A stretch of DNA of 64,000 bases from Nitrospinales bacterium (GTDB lineage: Bacteria > Nitrospinota_A > UBA7883 > JACRGQ01), in contig JAHFEK010000001.1 in assembly GCA_023248495.1 (NCBI GenBank), forward strand, positions 49,195-113,194. Direction: 5' to 3'. This document shows positions 22,370 to 31,411 of the stretch, piece after piece. Positions within the stretch are counted from its first letter, which is position 1, and the number at the start of each line of letters is the position of its first letter. Made by a program: the position numbers and the translations under genes. Below the pieces are notes generated by a model. The model saw nothing but the letters and a program-made list of their open reading frames with translations, made no database searches and was not told the origin of the DNA.

Positions 22370-23689
22370 TCATGATGCCGTTCCCTTGTTATCCGGAGAA
22401 TTCGGTTGCATCAGTACCGCCGCCACCGCCGCCCAGAATATCGCGGTTACCGCAAGAGGCGCGATGTGGAATGGAAAACTGCCCGCACCGTTGAGCGCGA
22501 TCACCCAAAAACCGCCGATGGCCCCGAGAAGCAGCGGCGCGTTCGGATAGGGGAGGGGGATGCGTTCACGGCGTACAAGGGCCGCGCCATGGCGGCGCAT
22601 CCAGAAGAGCAGCAGAAGGAAAAAGGGGATCGCCGCTAACAGGCCCCCTTCGGCCAGAAGCTGGAGGTAGTCGTTATGCGCTTGGTGCGCCGGGCGGTCC
22701 GGCAGGCGCAACGGGGGGCCGTTGAACCAGACGGCCCGGCGGTATTCCTCGAAGTGCGCGTAAAAAAAGCCCGGCCCTTTGCCGACGAGCGGCGCGCCCT
22801 GGAACATCATCACGCAGGCTTCGTTCTGCATCCGCCGTTCGTCCATTGAATACCGTTTCATCAGCCTGATGGCGTCATCCTGCCGGGCATAGCCGGTTGC
22901 CGCCACGGCGATAACCAGCAGGGCCATCGTCCAGCTTGCCGCCAGCTTGAACGTGAATGTTTTGCCGCCATCCGGCGGCCGCCGCAGGGTGAAATACAAC
23001 AGCATCGCCCCCAGCACCGCGCCCAGGGCCAAAAGGGCGCCCAGGTTTTGCGCGAAGGCTATCGCCGTCATCAGGAAAACGCTCCGCAATGTCCACGCGA
23101 TATTTTTGCCCCTGGCCGTTTCGTGCATGAAAAAGGCGTAGGCCAGCGGCACGAACGAGGCGAGAAACGGGGCCAGCATGTTCGGGCTGTCCATAAAGCC
23201 GGCGACCAGATAGTGTCGATGGACATTGTGGAAGACGGGATCGAGGCTCTGGAAAAAAGGATCGTACCCGGTGTATTGGGCTATGCCCAGCAGGCCGTTG
23301 AATACCGCAGTGAAAATAAACAGCTTTGTCCACCCAAACGCGGTATCCGGCGCGATGGCGTTATAAAACGCGAGGAACAGCACGCCCCCCAGCGCCGTGT
23401 TAATGACGGCGGAAGGGCTGCCGCCATTCAGCGCAAACGACAGGAGCATGGCTCCCGCGCCGCAGGTGAAAAGGCTGAAGTCGGTTTTGAGGCCATGTGC
23501 GGAGAGGTATCCTCCTTTTTCGCCGGTGATGCGGCTATAGAGCCAAAGCAGAAGTACCCCCGCGCCCGCCAGTTGGAACAGCTCTTCACGGAAAAGACGG
23601 TATGGCTCGTCCGCCCACGGCACATAGGCGATGGGTATCAGGAGCAGCAGTCCTTTGAGAAGCCATTCGCGCAGCCGGGAAGCGGTCAT
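22370..23689 (-). CDS. O-antigen ligase (Wzy_C) family membrane protein
   Basis: It is polytopic and has the 'AHNDYLQLLAEGGLLA' motif typical of the O-antigen ligase/polymerase family. Confidence 0.75.
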   Translation of the reverse strand: MTASRLREWLLKGLLLLIPIAYVPWADEPYRLFREELFQLAGAGVLLLWLYSRITGEKGGYLSAHGLKTDFSLFTCGAGAMLLSFALNGGSPSAVINTALGGVLFLAFYNAIAPDTAFGWTKLFIFTAVFNGLLGIAQYTGYDPFFQSLDPVFHNVHRHYLVAGFMDSPNMLAPFLASFVPLAYAFFMHETARGKNIAWTLRSVFLMTAIAFAQNLGALLALGAVLGAMLLYFTLRRPPDGGKTFTFKLAASWTMALLVIAVAATGYARQDDAIRLMKRYSMDERRMQNEACVMMFQGAPLVGKGPGFFYAHFEEYRRAVWFNGPPLRLPDRPAHQAHNDYLQLLAEGGLLAAIPFFLLLLFWMRRHGAALVRRERIPLPYPNAPLLLGAIGGFWVIALNGAGSFPFHIAPLAVTAIFWAAVAAVLMQPNSPDNKGTAS

Positions 23690-24429
23690 GATCCCTCCAG
23701 GTAATCGGCCAGAAAACCGTAATTGTCCCGCCGCAGCGCATCGGTAATTTCGTGCCGAAGGCCGTCGCTCCGCGCGGCGAACAGCGTTTTCAGCGCCGGG
23801 CCATCCGTATCGGCGGCGGCCTTTGTCCAGCGTTCCGGCGGCACGGCCTTAAAAAATGATTCCAGCAATTCCATCACGGCGTTTTTCGGCGCGAACGGGG
23901 TGTAGCCGGAAAAATGGTTGTATAGCATGATGAGCGAGGTGCCGAGCGAACCCCGCGCGAAGGCGGCGCGCGCGGCATCGGACTGGTACCGGCGCAGATC
24001 GTTCCATTTTCCGGCATCGGATCCCCGTTGCGACAGAAAGAAGGAGGCATTGTAGGCCTCCAGCGCGCCATCGAACTTTCCATCCAGCGCCCGGTTTTGC
24101 CCCAACAGTTCCAAGACGGCCCCGCCAACGCGTATGGAAAGGGCACTTTGCAGCGCCGCTTCCCCTTCGATCAACCGAAGCCGCGCCCCGGAGCCGGAGG
24201 CAGCCATCGCCTCTTGTTGCAGGGCGGCGGCAAGGTAGTAATGCGCCGAGGGGTTGGCGCATGCGTACCATGAAGCCGGGCGCAAAAGCGCCGCCGCGCC
24301 GGGATGGCCCTTTTCGTGGAGGTGCCTGCCGCTCTTCAGGTACACCTCGCCCACCTGACGCTGGAACAGAACAAACGCTATGCCGCCAAAAGCGAGCATG
24401 AGCGCGGCGGCGGCAAATCGTTTTTTCAT
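23686..24429 (-). CDS. Hypothetical exported protein, translationally coupled to the ligase-like gene
   Basis: It has an N-terminal signal/anchor ('MKKRFAAAALMLAFGGIAFVLF') and an Ala-rich helical body. It overlaps the downstream gene by 4 nt. Confidence 0.55.
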   Translation of the reverse strand: MKKRFAAAALMLAFGGIAFVLFQRQVGEVYLKSGRHLHEKGHPGAAALLRPASWYACANPSAHYYLAAALQQEAMAASGSGARLRLIEGEAALQSALSIRVGGAVLELLGQNRALDGKFDGALEAYNASFFLSQRGSDAGKWNDLRRYQSDAARAAFARGSLGTSLIMLYNHFSGYTPFAPKNAVMELLESFFKAVPPERWTKAAADTDGPALKTLFAARSDGLRHEITDALRRDNYGFLADYLEGS

Positions 24430-24552
24430 CTTCCCTTTCGTTTCGGATTGGCCCCCATTCTACCTTAACCGCGGGCGCGTCCGCGCGGGCTTCTTGGCTT
24501 ACCGGCGGTGGCTATGCTATGGTGTAAAAAAGCCCGGCGGTTAGGGGGATCG

Positions 24553-25623
24553 ATGTCGTTAAACAGGAGTTATAAAAGTCCTTCGCGTTCGGCGGGATTG
24601 GCCCCCGGCGAGTTGGTGCATATCGGCGAGCGGCACAGCGCCGTCACCGAGATAACCATCTTCGATTTCGACGCCGAGAAATTTACCGAAACGAAAATCG
24701 CCTCGGTGGACGATTGCGCGCCGTTCCGCGACGTGCCGACCGTCACCTGGATCAACGTCGTCGGTATTCACGATGTCGCGGTGATTGAAAAGCTCTGTAC
24801 CGCCTTCGGCCTGCATCCCCTCGTTATCGAAGACATTCTTAATACCAGCCAGCGTCCCAAGGTGGAGGACTACGGCGATTACCTGTACATCGTGCTCAAG
24901 ACGTTCCAGTTCGACGAAGCGACGGCGGAACTGGGGGCGGAGCAGGTGTCGATCATCTTAGGGCACGATTTCGTGATCTCGTTTGAGGAGCGCAAAAGCG
25001 CGGTGCTGGAGCCGGTGCGCGACCGTATCCGCCGGGCCAAAGGGCGTGTACGGCGGCACGGCCCGGACTACCTGGCCTATACGTTGATGGATGCCATCGT
25101 GGACAGCTATCTGGTGCGTCTGGAGGAGTTGGAGGAGGACATGGATCTTCTTGAAGACTCGATAACCGAAGGGGATGCCGGAGACGTCATCCGCCCGTTG
25201 CACAGCCTCAAGCAGGCGCTTATCGAGATGCGGAAATCGGTGTGGCCCTTGCGCGACGCCGTGGGGATCGTCCAGCGCAGCGGGGGGCAGTTGTTCCACG
25301 AAGGGACGCGCGTCTATCTGCGCGACTTGTACGACCACACCAACCTTGTGATCGATACCATCGAAACGTTCCGCGATACCCTGTCGGGGCTGATGGACAT
25401 CCACCTCACCAGCATGAGCATCCGGACGAACGAAGTGATGAAGATACTCACCATCATCGCCACCATCTTCATCCCGCTCACTTTTTTGGCGGGCGTGTAC
25501 GGCATGAATTTCAAATATCTGCCCGAACTGGAATGGCACCACGGTTACGCCACGTTCTGGATCATCTGCTTCACCGTCACCGCGGTGATGCTCTACTATT
25601 TCCGCAAAAACCGCTGGCTGTAG
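24553..25623 (+). CDS. corA: Magnesium/cobalt transporter CorA
   Basis: The C-terminus reads 'FIPLTFLAGVYGMNF' followed by a second TM helix. The start is taken at ATG 24553, which follows GGGGGA. Confidence 0.85.
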   Translation: MSLNRSYKSPSRSAGLAPGELVHIGERHSAVTEITIFDFDAEKFTETKIASVDDCAPFRDVPTVTWINVVGIHDVAVIEKLCTAFGLHPLVIEDILNTSQRPKVEDYGDYLYIVLKTFQFDEATAELGAEQVSIILGHDFVISFEERKSAVLEPVRDRIRRAKGRVRRHGPDYLAYTLMDAIVDSYLVRLEELEEDMDLLEDSITEGDAGDVIRPLHSLKQALIEMRKSVWPLRDAVGIVQRSGGQLFHEGTRVYLRDLYDHTNLVIDTIETFRDTLSGLMDIHLTSMSIRTNEVMKILTIIATIFIPLTFLAGVYGMNFKYLPELEWHHGYATFWIICFTVTAVMLYYFRKNRWL

Positions 25624-25663
25624 CCGCCGCGTCGAATCTCTGGAAAAGAAGGCGCGCTTTGCG

Positions 25664-25758
25664 TTGGTACAACAGAATTCATTCTGTTGTTGGCCCGCAA
25701 GGGCCAAGAGGGCTTGCCCCCTTCGGGAACAACCGCAGGATGAATCCTGCGGTACCAA
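25664..25758. repeat. 95-nt inverted-duplicate, four-hairpin element in the corA-alaS intergenic region
   Basis: TTGGTAC (25664-25670) pairs with GTACCAA (25752-25758). Internal hairpins are aacagaat/attctgtt, ttggccc-gcaa-gggccaa and ccgcagga-tgaa-tcctgcgg. The two arms are diverged inverted copies of each other. Confidence 0.6.
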
Positions 25759-25802
25759 ATCCGGGTTTTATCGGCCCTCGGATTCTGGTATGGTAAGGGG
25801 CT

Positions 25803-28448
25803 ATGAAAAAGCAGATTAGCGGCAATGAACTGCGGAAGCTGTTCATCGATTACTTCGTCTCGAAACAGCACCGACTGGTGCGCAGCTCCAACCTTGTGCC
25901 GTCGGCCGATCCGACGCTGCTCTTCACCAATTCCGGCATGGTTCAGTTCAAAGACCTGTTTACGGGAAAGGAAACGCGCGACTACCGCCGCGCCGTGACC
26001 TCGCAAAAGTGCCTGCGCGTCTCCGGCAAGCACAACGACCTGGAAGAAGTGGGCCGCACCCGCCGCCACAACACCTTCTTCGAAATGCTGGGGAACTTCT
26101 CCTTTGGCGATTATTTCAAGGAAGACGCCATCGCCTTCGCGTGGGAGTTTTTCGTCGACGTGCTGAAGGTTCCGGCGGACAAGCTATGGATAACCGTATA
26201 CGAAAAAGACGACGAAGCGGGCAAAATCTGGCAAAAAATCGCCGGTGTGCCGCAAGACCGCATCATCGCGCTGGGGGAAAAAGACAACTTCTGGAGCATG
26301 GGGCCCACCGGCCCGTGCGGCCCGTGCAGCGAAATACACATTGATAACGGCCCCGCCAAAGGCTGCGGCCGCCCGGAGTGCAACGTGGCTTGCCACTGCG
26401 ACCGCTACGAGGAGATATGGAACCTCGTTTTCATGCAGTACAACCGCGCCGCCGACGGCACCATGACGCCGCTGGCGAAACCCTGCATCGACACCGGCAT
26501 GGGGTTGGAGCGGCTGGCGTCGGTTTTGCAAGACGTTGATTCCAACTTCGACACCGACCTCATCCGCCCGGTGATCGCCCGCGCCGAAGACGTGCTGGGC
26601 AAGCAATACGGCATCAACCGCGAGAGCGACATCTCGTTCCGCGTCATCGGCGATCACACGCGCGCCGCCGCGTTCCTCATTACCGAGGGCATTCTGCCCA
26701 GCAACGACGACCGCGGCTACGTGCTGCGCCGCCTCATGCGCCGCGCCATGCGCCACGGCAAGATGCTGGGGGCGGCAGAGCCGTTCCTCTATCAGGTCAT
26801 CGGCTCGGTGATAGACAATTTCAAGGAGACCTATCCCGAACTGCGTGAAGCGGAAGGGACGATGGCGAAAATCATCAAGAGCGAAGAGGAACGCTTTGGG
26901 CGGACGCTGGAGACCGGCCTGAAAATCCTCCACGACATCATCGATAACGCCCGCGCCAAAAAGAGCGCCTTTGTGGACGGCAAAGAAATTTTCAAGCTGT
27001 ACGACACCTACGGTTTTCCGTTGGATCTCGCGGGGGACGTGATACACGACGCCGGCCTCGGCTTCAACAAGGCGGAGTTCGACGCCGAGCTGGGAAGCCA
27101 GCGCGAACTGGCCCGCAAAGGGGCCAAGCACGCCGCCGGCGAAACGCCCGCCAAGTACAAGGGGCTTGATACCGAAAAGACCGTTTTTACCGGCTACGCC
27201 TCGGCGGATGAAGATGCCGTGGTGAAAGTTTTGATAAAAGGGGAGGCCCGCGCCGACCGCCTTGCGAAAGGCGACAAAGGGGAGATCATCCTCGACAAGA
27301 GCCCGTTCTACGCCGAATCGGGCGGCCAAATGGGGGATCGCGGCGTCATCGAGGCCGATAGCGGCTTGGCCCGCGTGATCGACACCAGAAAGGCGCTGGA
27401 TACGACCACCCATGTGGTGGAAGTGATGGATGGCGAATTCAAGGCCGGTCAGCGCGTCCACGCAAAACTGCACGGCGATGAGCGGGCCGCCACGCGGCGC
27501 AATCACAGCGCGACGCATATGCTGCAGGCCGCCTTGCGGCAGGTGCTGGGCGAGCACGTCAAGCAGTCCGGCTCGGCGGTGAATCACGAGCGGCTCCGTT
27601 TCGACTTCTCGCATTACACCGCCACCACGCATGAAGAGGTGCGCGAAGCCGAGAATATCGTGAACCGGATGATACGGGAAGACCTGCCGGTCACAACCAT
27701 TGAAATGGATGTGGAAAAGGCGATGGACGGCGGCGCGACCGCGCTGTTCGGCGAAAAGTACGGCGCGTCGGTCCGCGTGGTGGAAATGCCCGGCTTCTCG
27801 AAAGAGCTGTGCGGCGGCACCCATGCGTCCAGCACGGGGCAGATCGGCGTATTCAAAATCATTTCAGAAACCGGCGTCGCCGCCGGCATCCGCCGCATCG
27901 AAGCGGTCACCGGCGAAAAGGCGTTCGAGTATTTCACCGAACTGGAATCCAATCTGAAAGAAGTGTCCGGCATGGTGAAGTGCCGCCCCGAAGACGCGCC
28001 GGACCGGGTGCGGAAGCTGCTCGACAAAGACAAAGAACTCGAAAAGACCGTCAAGAAACTGCAAAACGAAAAAGCGCGCGGCGGAGGCGGGGGCGAAGCG
28101 GCGGGGGAAGAACGCGAGGTTAAAGGGGTGAAGGTGCGGTTCCGCAATTTTGGCGAGATGGACGGCGGCTCGCTGCGCGAACTGGTGGACGAGATGAAAG
28201 TGAAAATCGGCTCCGGCGTTATCGCCGCGGGTTGCGTGAGCGGCGGCAAGGCGGCGATCTGCATCGGCGTCACCAAAGACCTGGTGGGCAGGCTGCAGGC
28301 CGGGGCCATCGTGAAGGAAGCGGCCGCCATCACCGGCGGCGGCGGCGGGGGACGGCCCGACATGGCGCAGGCGGGCGGCCCGGACGGAGCCAAGCTGGAC
28401 GACGCGCTGAACGCCGTTTTCGGCATCGTGGAAAAAATGCTCGGCTAA
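25803..28448 (+). CDS. alaS: Alanine--tRNA ligase
   Basis: The 881-aa product carries 'FTNSGMVQFK', 'RHHTFFEMLGNFSFGDYFK', the editing-domain motif 'HSATHMLQAALR...CGGTH', and a C-terminal DHHA1 region with 'GGGGGRPDMAQAGG'. Confidence 0.95.
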   Translation: MKKQISGNELRKLFIDYFVSKQHRLVRSSNLVPSADPTLLFTNSGMVQFKDLFTGKETRDYRRAVTSQKCLRVSGKHNDLEEVGRTRRHNTFFEMLGNFSFGDYFKEDAIAFAWEFFVDVLKVPADKLWITVYEKDDEAGKIWQKIAGVPQDRIIALGEKDNFWSMGPTGPCGPCSEIHIDNGPAKGCGRPECNVACHCDRYEEIWNLVFMQYNRAADGTMTPLAKPCIDTGMGLERLASVLQDVDSNFDTDLIRPVIARAEDVLGKQYGINRESDISFRVIGDHTRAAAFLITEGILPSNDDRGYVLRRLMRRAMRHGKMLGAAEPFLYQVIGSVIDNFKETYPELREAEGTMAKIIKSEEERFGRTLETGLKILHDIIDNARAKKSAFVDGKEIFKLYDTYGFPLDLAGDVIHDAGLGFNKAEFDAELGSQRELARKGAKHAAGETPAKYKGLDTEKTVFTGYASADEDAVVKVLIKGEARADRLAKGDKGEIILDKSPFYAESGGQMGDRGVIEADSGLARVIDTRKALDTTTHVVEVMDGEFKAGQRVHAKLHGDERAATRRNHSATHMLQAALRQVLGEHVKQSGSAVNHERLRFDFSHYTATTHEEVREAENIVNRMIREDLPVTTIEMDVEKAMDGGATALFGEKYGASVRVVEMPGFSKELCGGTHASSTGQIGVFKIISETGVAAGIRRIEAVTGEKAFEYFTELESNLKEVSGMVKCRPEDAPDRVRKLLDKDKELEKTVKKLQNEKARGGGGGEAAGEEREVKGVKVRFRNFGEMDGGSLRELVDEMKVKIGSGVIAAGCVSGGKAAICIGVTKDLVGRLQAGAIVKEAAAITGGGGGGRPDMAQAGGPDGAKLDDALNAVFGIVEKMLG

Positions 28449-28449
28449 C

Positions 28450-29193
28450 ATGGAATGCCTCATCGTCTTCGCCAAGGCTCCGGTGGCGGGACAGGTGAAG
28501 ACGAGGCTGGCGGCAACCGTGCCGCTTTTGCCTGAAGAAGCTTGCGCGCTCTATGAAGCGTTCCTCAACGACGTCCTCCAATGCGCCGCCAACAGCCGCG
28601 CCGACAAAGTCTTTCTGCATTACACTCCCGCCTCCGCGGCGCAACAGATGGCCGGCATCGCGCAAAAATATTTCGCCGCCGGACGTCTCGTCATGATGCC
28701 GCAGGGGGAGGGGACTTTTGCCGAACGCATCGCCGCCTCCTTCGCCACGGCGGAAAAGATGGGGGCCACGCGGCTGGTGATGATCGGCAGCGACAGCCCC
28801 CACCTGCAAAGCGAAATATTGGATGCCGCTTTTATCACGCTGCACGGCAATGTCGCGGCGCTCGGCCCCTCCGGCGAAGGGGGTCTGTACCTCATCGGCT
28901 TGCGCGATGACATCCGGCCCGATTGGAAAAAGGTGTTTGGCGGCGGCGCGGAGCTGGTGAACCTCTGCCGCGAGATCGTGCGCCTTGGCGGCATCGTGAA
29001 TGTACTGGAAGAACTCACCGATGTGGATGTCGCAACCGATCTGGTCACGCTCGCCGCGCTGGTTGAAACAATGTCGTTGGCGGAGCGGCGGGGGGAGTTT
29101 CCCCACTGTACGGCGGACGCGTTGAAACGGCTGAAATTGACCATTGGCCGCAGCGGCGGCACCCGTGATAAAGTTTTAACACGAGATGGGTAA
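28450..29193 (+). CDS. DUF2064-family (TIGR04282-like) nucleotidyl/glycosyl-transferase-fold protein
   Basis: The N-terminus '[19 protein letters not shown]' and 'IGSDSPHL' are typical of DUF2064. The gene starts 2 nt after the alaS stop. Confidence 0.65.
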   Translation: MECLIVFAKAPVAGQVKTRLAATVPLLPEEACALYEAFLNDVLQCAANSRADKVFLHYTPASAAQQMAGIAQKYFAAGRLVMMPQGEGTFAERIAASFATAEKMGATRLVMIGSDSPHLQSEILDAAFITLHGNVAALGPSGEGGLYLIGLRDDIRPDWKKVFGGGAELVNLCREIVRLGGIVNVLEELTDVDVATDLVTLAALVETMSLAERRGEFPHCTADALKRLKLTIGRSGGTRDKVLTRDG

Positions 29194-29878
29194 AAAAGCG
29201 GTGGTGCTCCTTTCCGGCGGCGCGGATAGCGCCACGGCGCTGGCCTGCGCCAAGCGGGACGGTTTCGAACCGTACGCGCTCACCATCGATTACGGGCAGC
29301 GCCACCGCGCCGAATTGGCGATGGCGCAAAAACAGGCGGCCCGCTTCGGCGCCAAACGGCTGCTGCTGAACGCCGACCTGCGGCCCATCGGCGGCTCGGC
29401 CCTCACCGCCGATATCGATGTTCCATCGGGGCGTTCGGCGGGGGAGATGGCGGACGGCATACCGGTCACCTACGTTCCCGCGCGCAACACGATTTTTCTC
29501 TCGCTCGCGCTCGGCTGGGCCGAAAGTCTTGGCGCGGGCGATATCTACATCGGTGTCAACGCGCTGGACTACAGCGGGTATCCCGACTGCCGCCCGGAGT
29601 ATATAGAGGCATTTGAGGCCATGGCGCGGCTGGCGACCAAGATGGGGGTGGAAGGGAAGACGGCGATAAAAATCCACACGCCGTTGATCGGCCTGACCAA
29701 GGCGGAAATATTCAGGCTGGGGCATTCGCTCGGCGTCGATTTCAGCCTGACGCACAGTTGCTATTCTCCCGCGCCGGACGGCAAAGCGTGCGGCCGTTGC
29801 GATAGCTGCCTGATACGCCTCAAAGGGTTCAAAGAGGCGGGCATTGATGACCCGCTCGATTACGCGGTGCGGAAATGA
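29186..29878 (+). CDS. queC: 7-cyano-7-deazaguanine synthase
   Basis: It has the PP-loop '[12 protein letters not shown]', 'YGQRH', 'VPARN' and the zinc site 'CGRCDSC'. Confidence 0.9.
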   Translation: MGKKAVVLLSGGADSATALACAKRDGFEPYALTIDYGQRHRAELAMAQKQAARFGAKRLLLNADLRPIGGSALTADIDVPSGRSAGEMADGIPVTYVPARNTIFLSLALGWAESLGAGDIYIGVNALDYSGYPDCRPEYIEAFEAMARLATKMGVEGKTAIKIHTPLIGLTKAEIFRLGHSLGVDFSLTHSCYSPAPDGKACGRCDSCLIRLKGFKEAGIDDPLDYAVRK

Positions 29879-30669
29879 TAGGCGTCCTGCTCACCAGTAC
29901 CTGCTGGTATGAGGGGGTCACGAAAGAGGTTTTCGCCGCGCGCGTGGAAGAATTGGTGACTTGCATCGCCGGCGTCAAACAACATATCCGCCAGCCGTAT
30001 GAACTGATAATCGCCGACAACTCGCCGCCAGACAAAATTCCTACCGAGAAGATTATGGGGTTTTGCCCGGAGCGGACGCTCTTTTTGCGCTGTACCGTCA
30101 ATCCCGGCAAGAACGCGGGGGAGGCCGCGCTGGTGCGCGACGGGCTGCACCTTTCGCATGCGCGCGGGCACAGCCATTGTTTCAAGCTCACCGGGCGGTA
30201 TTTCATCGACGGCGATTTTATGATTGACGACGGCATTGCCGCGCTGGAAAAAAGCGGGCGGAAGATTTTGGCAAAGCTTTTGGGAAAACCGATGCGCGAG
30301 TCGAAAGATGCCGTTGGTCACCCGCTATATGCGCAAAATAAAGATAACGGCAACTACCTGATGGGGGTCGCCACGCAGTGCTTCATCACCGATCCCGCGT
30401 GGATCGTGCAAAGGGGGGCGTTCCAAAAAGAGTTTCTCTGCCGCGAGATACCCTGGGTGAATTACGAGCAGACGTTTTGGCATTGCCTCGATCACGCGCA
30501 GATACTCCACTGGCCACGCCTGCCCATCGGCGGCTTTGTGGGGAACCGGGAGATGGGGATACCGGTTCAACTGCTGCTGCAAGGCGCGGGGAACGCGCAG
30601 TTTGAAAGGTTCGCCTCGCCGGCGGACATTCCCGCCGTCGATATCTCATCGTTGTTGGAAGGGCGATAA
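29875..30669 (+). CDS. Hypothetical protein, possibly a divergent GT-A-fold enzyme
   Basis: It overlaps queC by 4 nt (ATGA). '[11 protein letters not shown]' and '[15 protein letters not shown]' weakly recall GT2 motifs. There is no confident family assignment. Confidence 0.5.
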   Translation: MIGVLLTSTCWYEGVTKEVFAARVEELVTCIAGVKQHIRQPYELIIADNSPPDKIPTEKIMGFCPERTLFLRCTVNPGKNAGEAALVRDGLHLSHARGHSHCFKLTGRYFIDGDFMIDDGIAALEKSGRKILAKLLGKPMRESKDAVGHPLYAQNKDNGNYLMGVATQCFITDPAWIVQRGAFQKEFLCREIPWVNYEQTFWHCLDHAQILHWPRLPIGGFVGNREMGIPVQLLLQGAGNAQFERFASPADIPAVDISSLLEGR

Positions 30670-31341
30670 ATGCCGACGCCGCCATGCCGGGTATGCAACG
30701 GGGCGGCGGCGGTTTTTTACAAGGATGTCCGCACGTTCCACCGCTGTGGCAACTGCTCGCTGATTTTTACCGGCGAGATCGCCCCGCCGCCGGAACAGGA
30801 GAAACACTACAAGGCGCAGTGGGGCAATCAGCAGGCGGAATTTTGGAAAGGACAGGCGGATGCGATATTACAAATCATCCGCCAATATCACGAGCCGCGC
30901 CGCATCCTCGATTTCGGCGCGGGCAGCGGCGCGCTTACCGACGAGCTTCGCAAGCGGGGACTGGACTGCACGCCGCTGGAACCGATGATTCACGGGTTCT
31001 TGAAAGATCAAAAGTATCCCCATAAGTTTGACGCGATTGTCGGCGTGGAGGTCATCGAGCACCTGCCGAATCTTTGGGAAGAACTGCGCGGGATGGAAAA
31101 AGTGCTCGCCCCCGGCGGCGTCATGCTTTTCACCACGCTCTTAACGGAGGCTTTTATCAACGCTCCCGATGCCGCCGCGCAATTCAAAGCGTGGTGGTAT
31201 AAGGACGACCAGACGCATGTTACGTTCTTCGGCTACCGCTCGCTGGAAGTGTTGGGCGATATCGCCAGCTACGATGTGGACGTCATTCTCGACAAGGTGA
31301 TCGTCTTCAGGAAAAAGGGCACACACCTGTTCGTGGCGTAG
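30670..31341 (+). CDS. Class I SAM-dependent methyltransferase with N-terminal zinc ribbon
   Basis: It has four cysteines ('CRVCNG...CGNCS'), the SAM motif I 'ILDFGAGSGALT', and 'VGVEVIEHL'. The ATG immediately follows the upstream stop. Confidence 0.75.
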   Translation: MPTPPCRVCNGAAAVFYKDVRTFHRCGNCSLIFTGEIAPPPEQEKHYKAQWGNQQAEFWKGQADAILQIIRQYHEPRRILDFGAGSGALTDELRKRGLDCTPLEPMIHGFLKDQKYPHKFDAIVGVEVIEHLPNLWEELRGMEKVLAPGGVMLFTTLLTEAFINAPDAAAQFKAWWYKDDQTHVTFFGYRSLEVLGDIASYDVDVILDKVIVFRKKGTHLFVA

Positions 31342-31362
31342 CGCCTCGGCTAAGTCATCCTT

Positions 31363-31397
31363 GGGTGCAACGAGGAATAATCTTTTTCCAGAAAAGG
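31363..31397. repeat. Dispersed repeat family B copy
   Basis: GGGTGCAACGAGGAATAATCTTTTTCCAGAAAAGG matches 22301-22332. It lies immediately 3' of the AT-rich cyclase cassette. Confidence 0.6.
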
Positions 31398-31411
31398 TTG
31401 CTTATGTCTTG

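Noticed and set aside
24430-24552. Possible Mg2+ (M-box) riboswitch upstream of corA.
   Set aside because: The leader is only about 120 nt. It shows a few GC hairpins but none of the multi-helix M-box architecture I could recognise. The evidence is insufficient.
25624-25802. T-box riboswitch upstream of alaS, suggested by TGGTAC/GGTACC strings reminiscent of the T-box 'GGUGGUACCGCG' and by a GCAA loop containing an Ala codon.
   Set aside because: I see no Stem I with K-turn, specifier internal loop or AG bulge, and no terminator or antiterminator with the conserved 14-nt T-box sequence. The best 'T-box-like' string is on the wrong strand. GCAA is simply a GNRA tetraloop. I kept the region only as an unclassified structured element.
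26184-27824. 546-aa minus-strand ORF antisense to alaS. Similar long antisense ORFs occur at 34586-35734, 35750-36778 and 36673-37809 (opposite argG/F/D), at 50044-51477 (opposite the ABC-F gene), at 59317-60654, at 6188-7012 and at 7790-8812.
   Set aside because: These are shadow ORFs typical of high-GC DNA. The opposite strand carries unmistakable conserved proteins. The antisense translations are Arg/Gly/His/Ala-rich low-complexity strings with no motifs.
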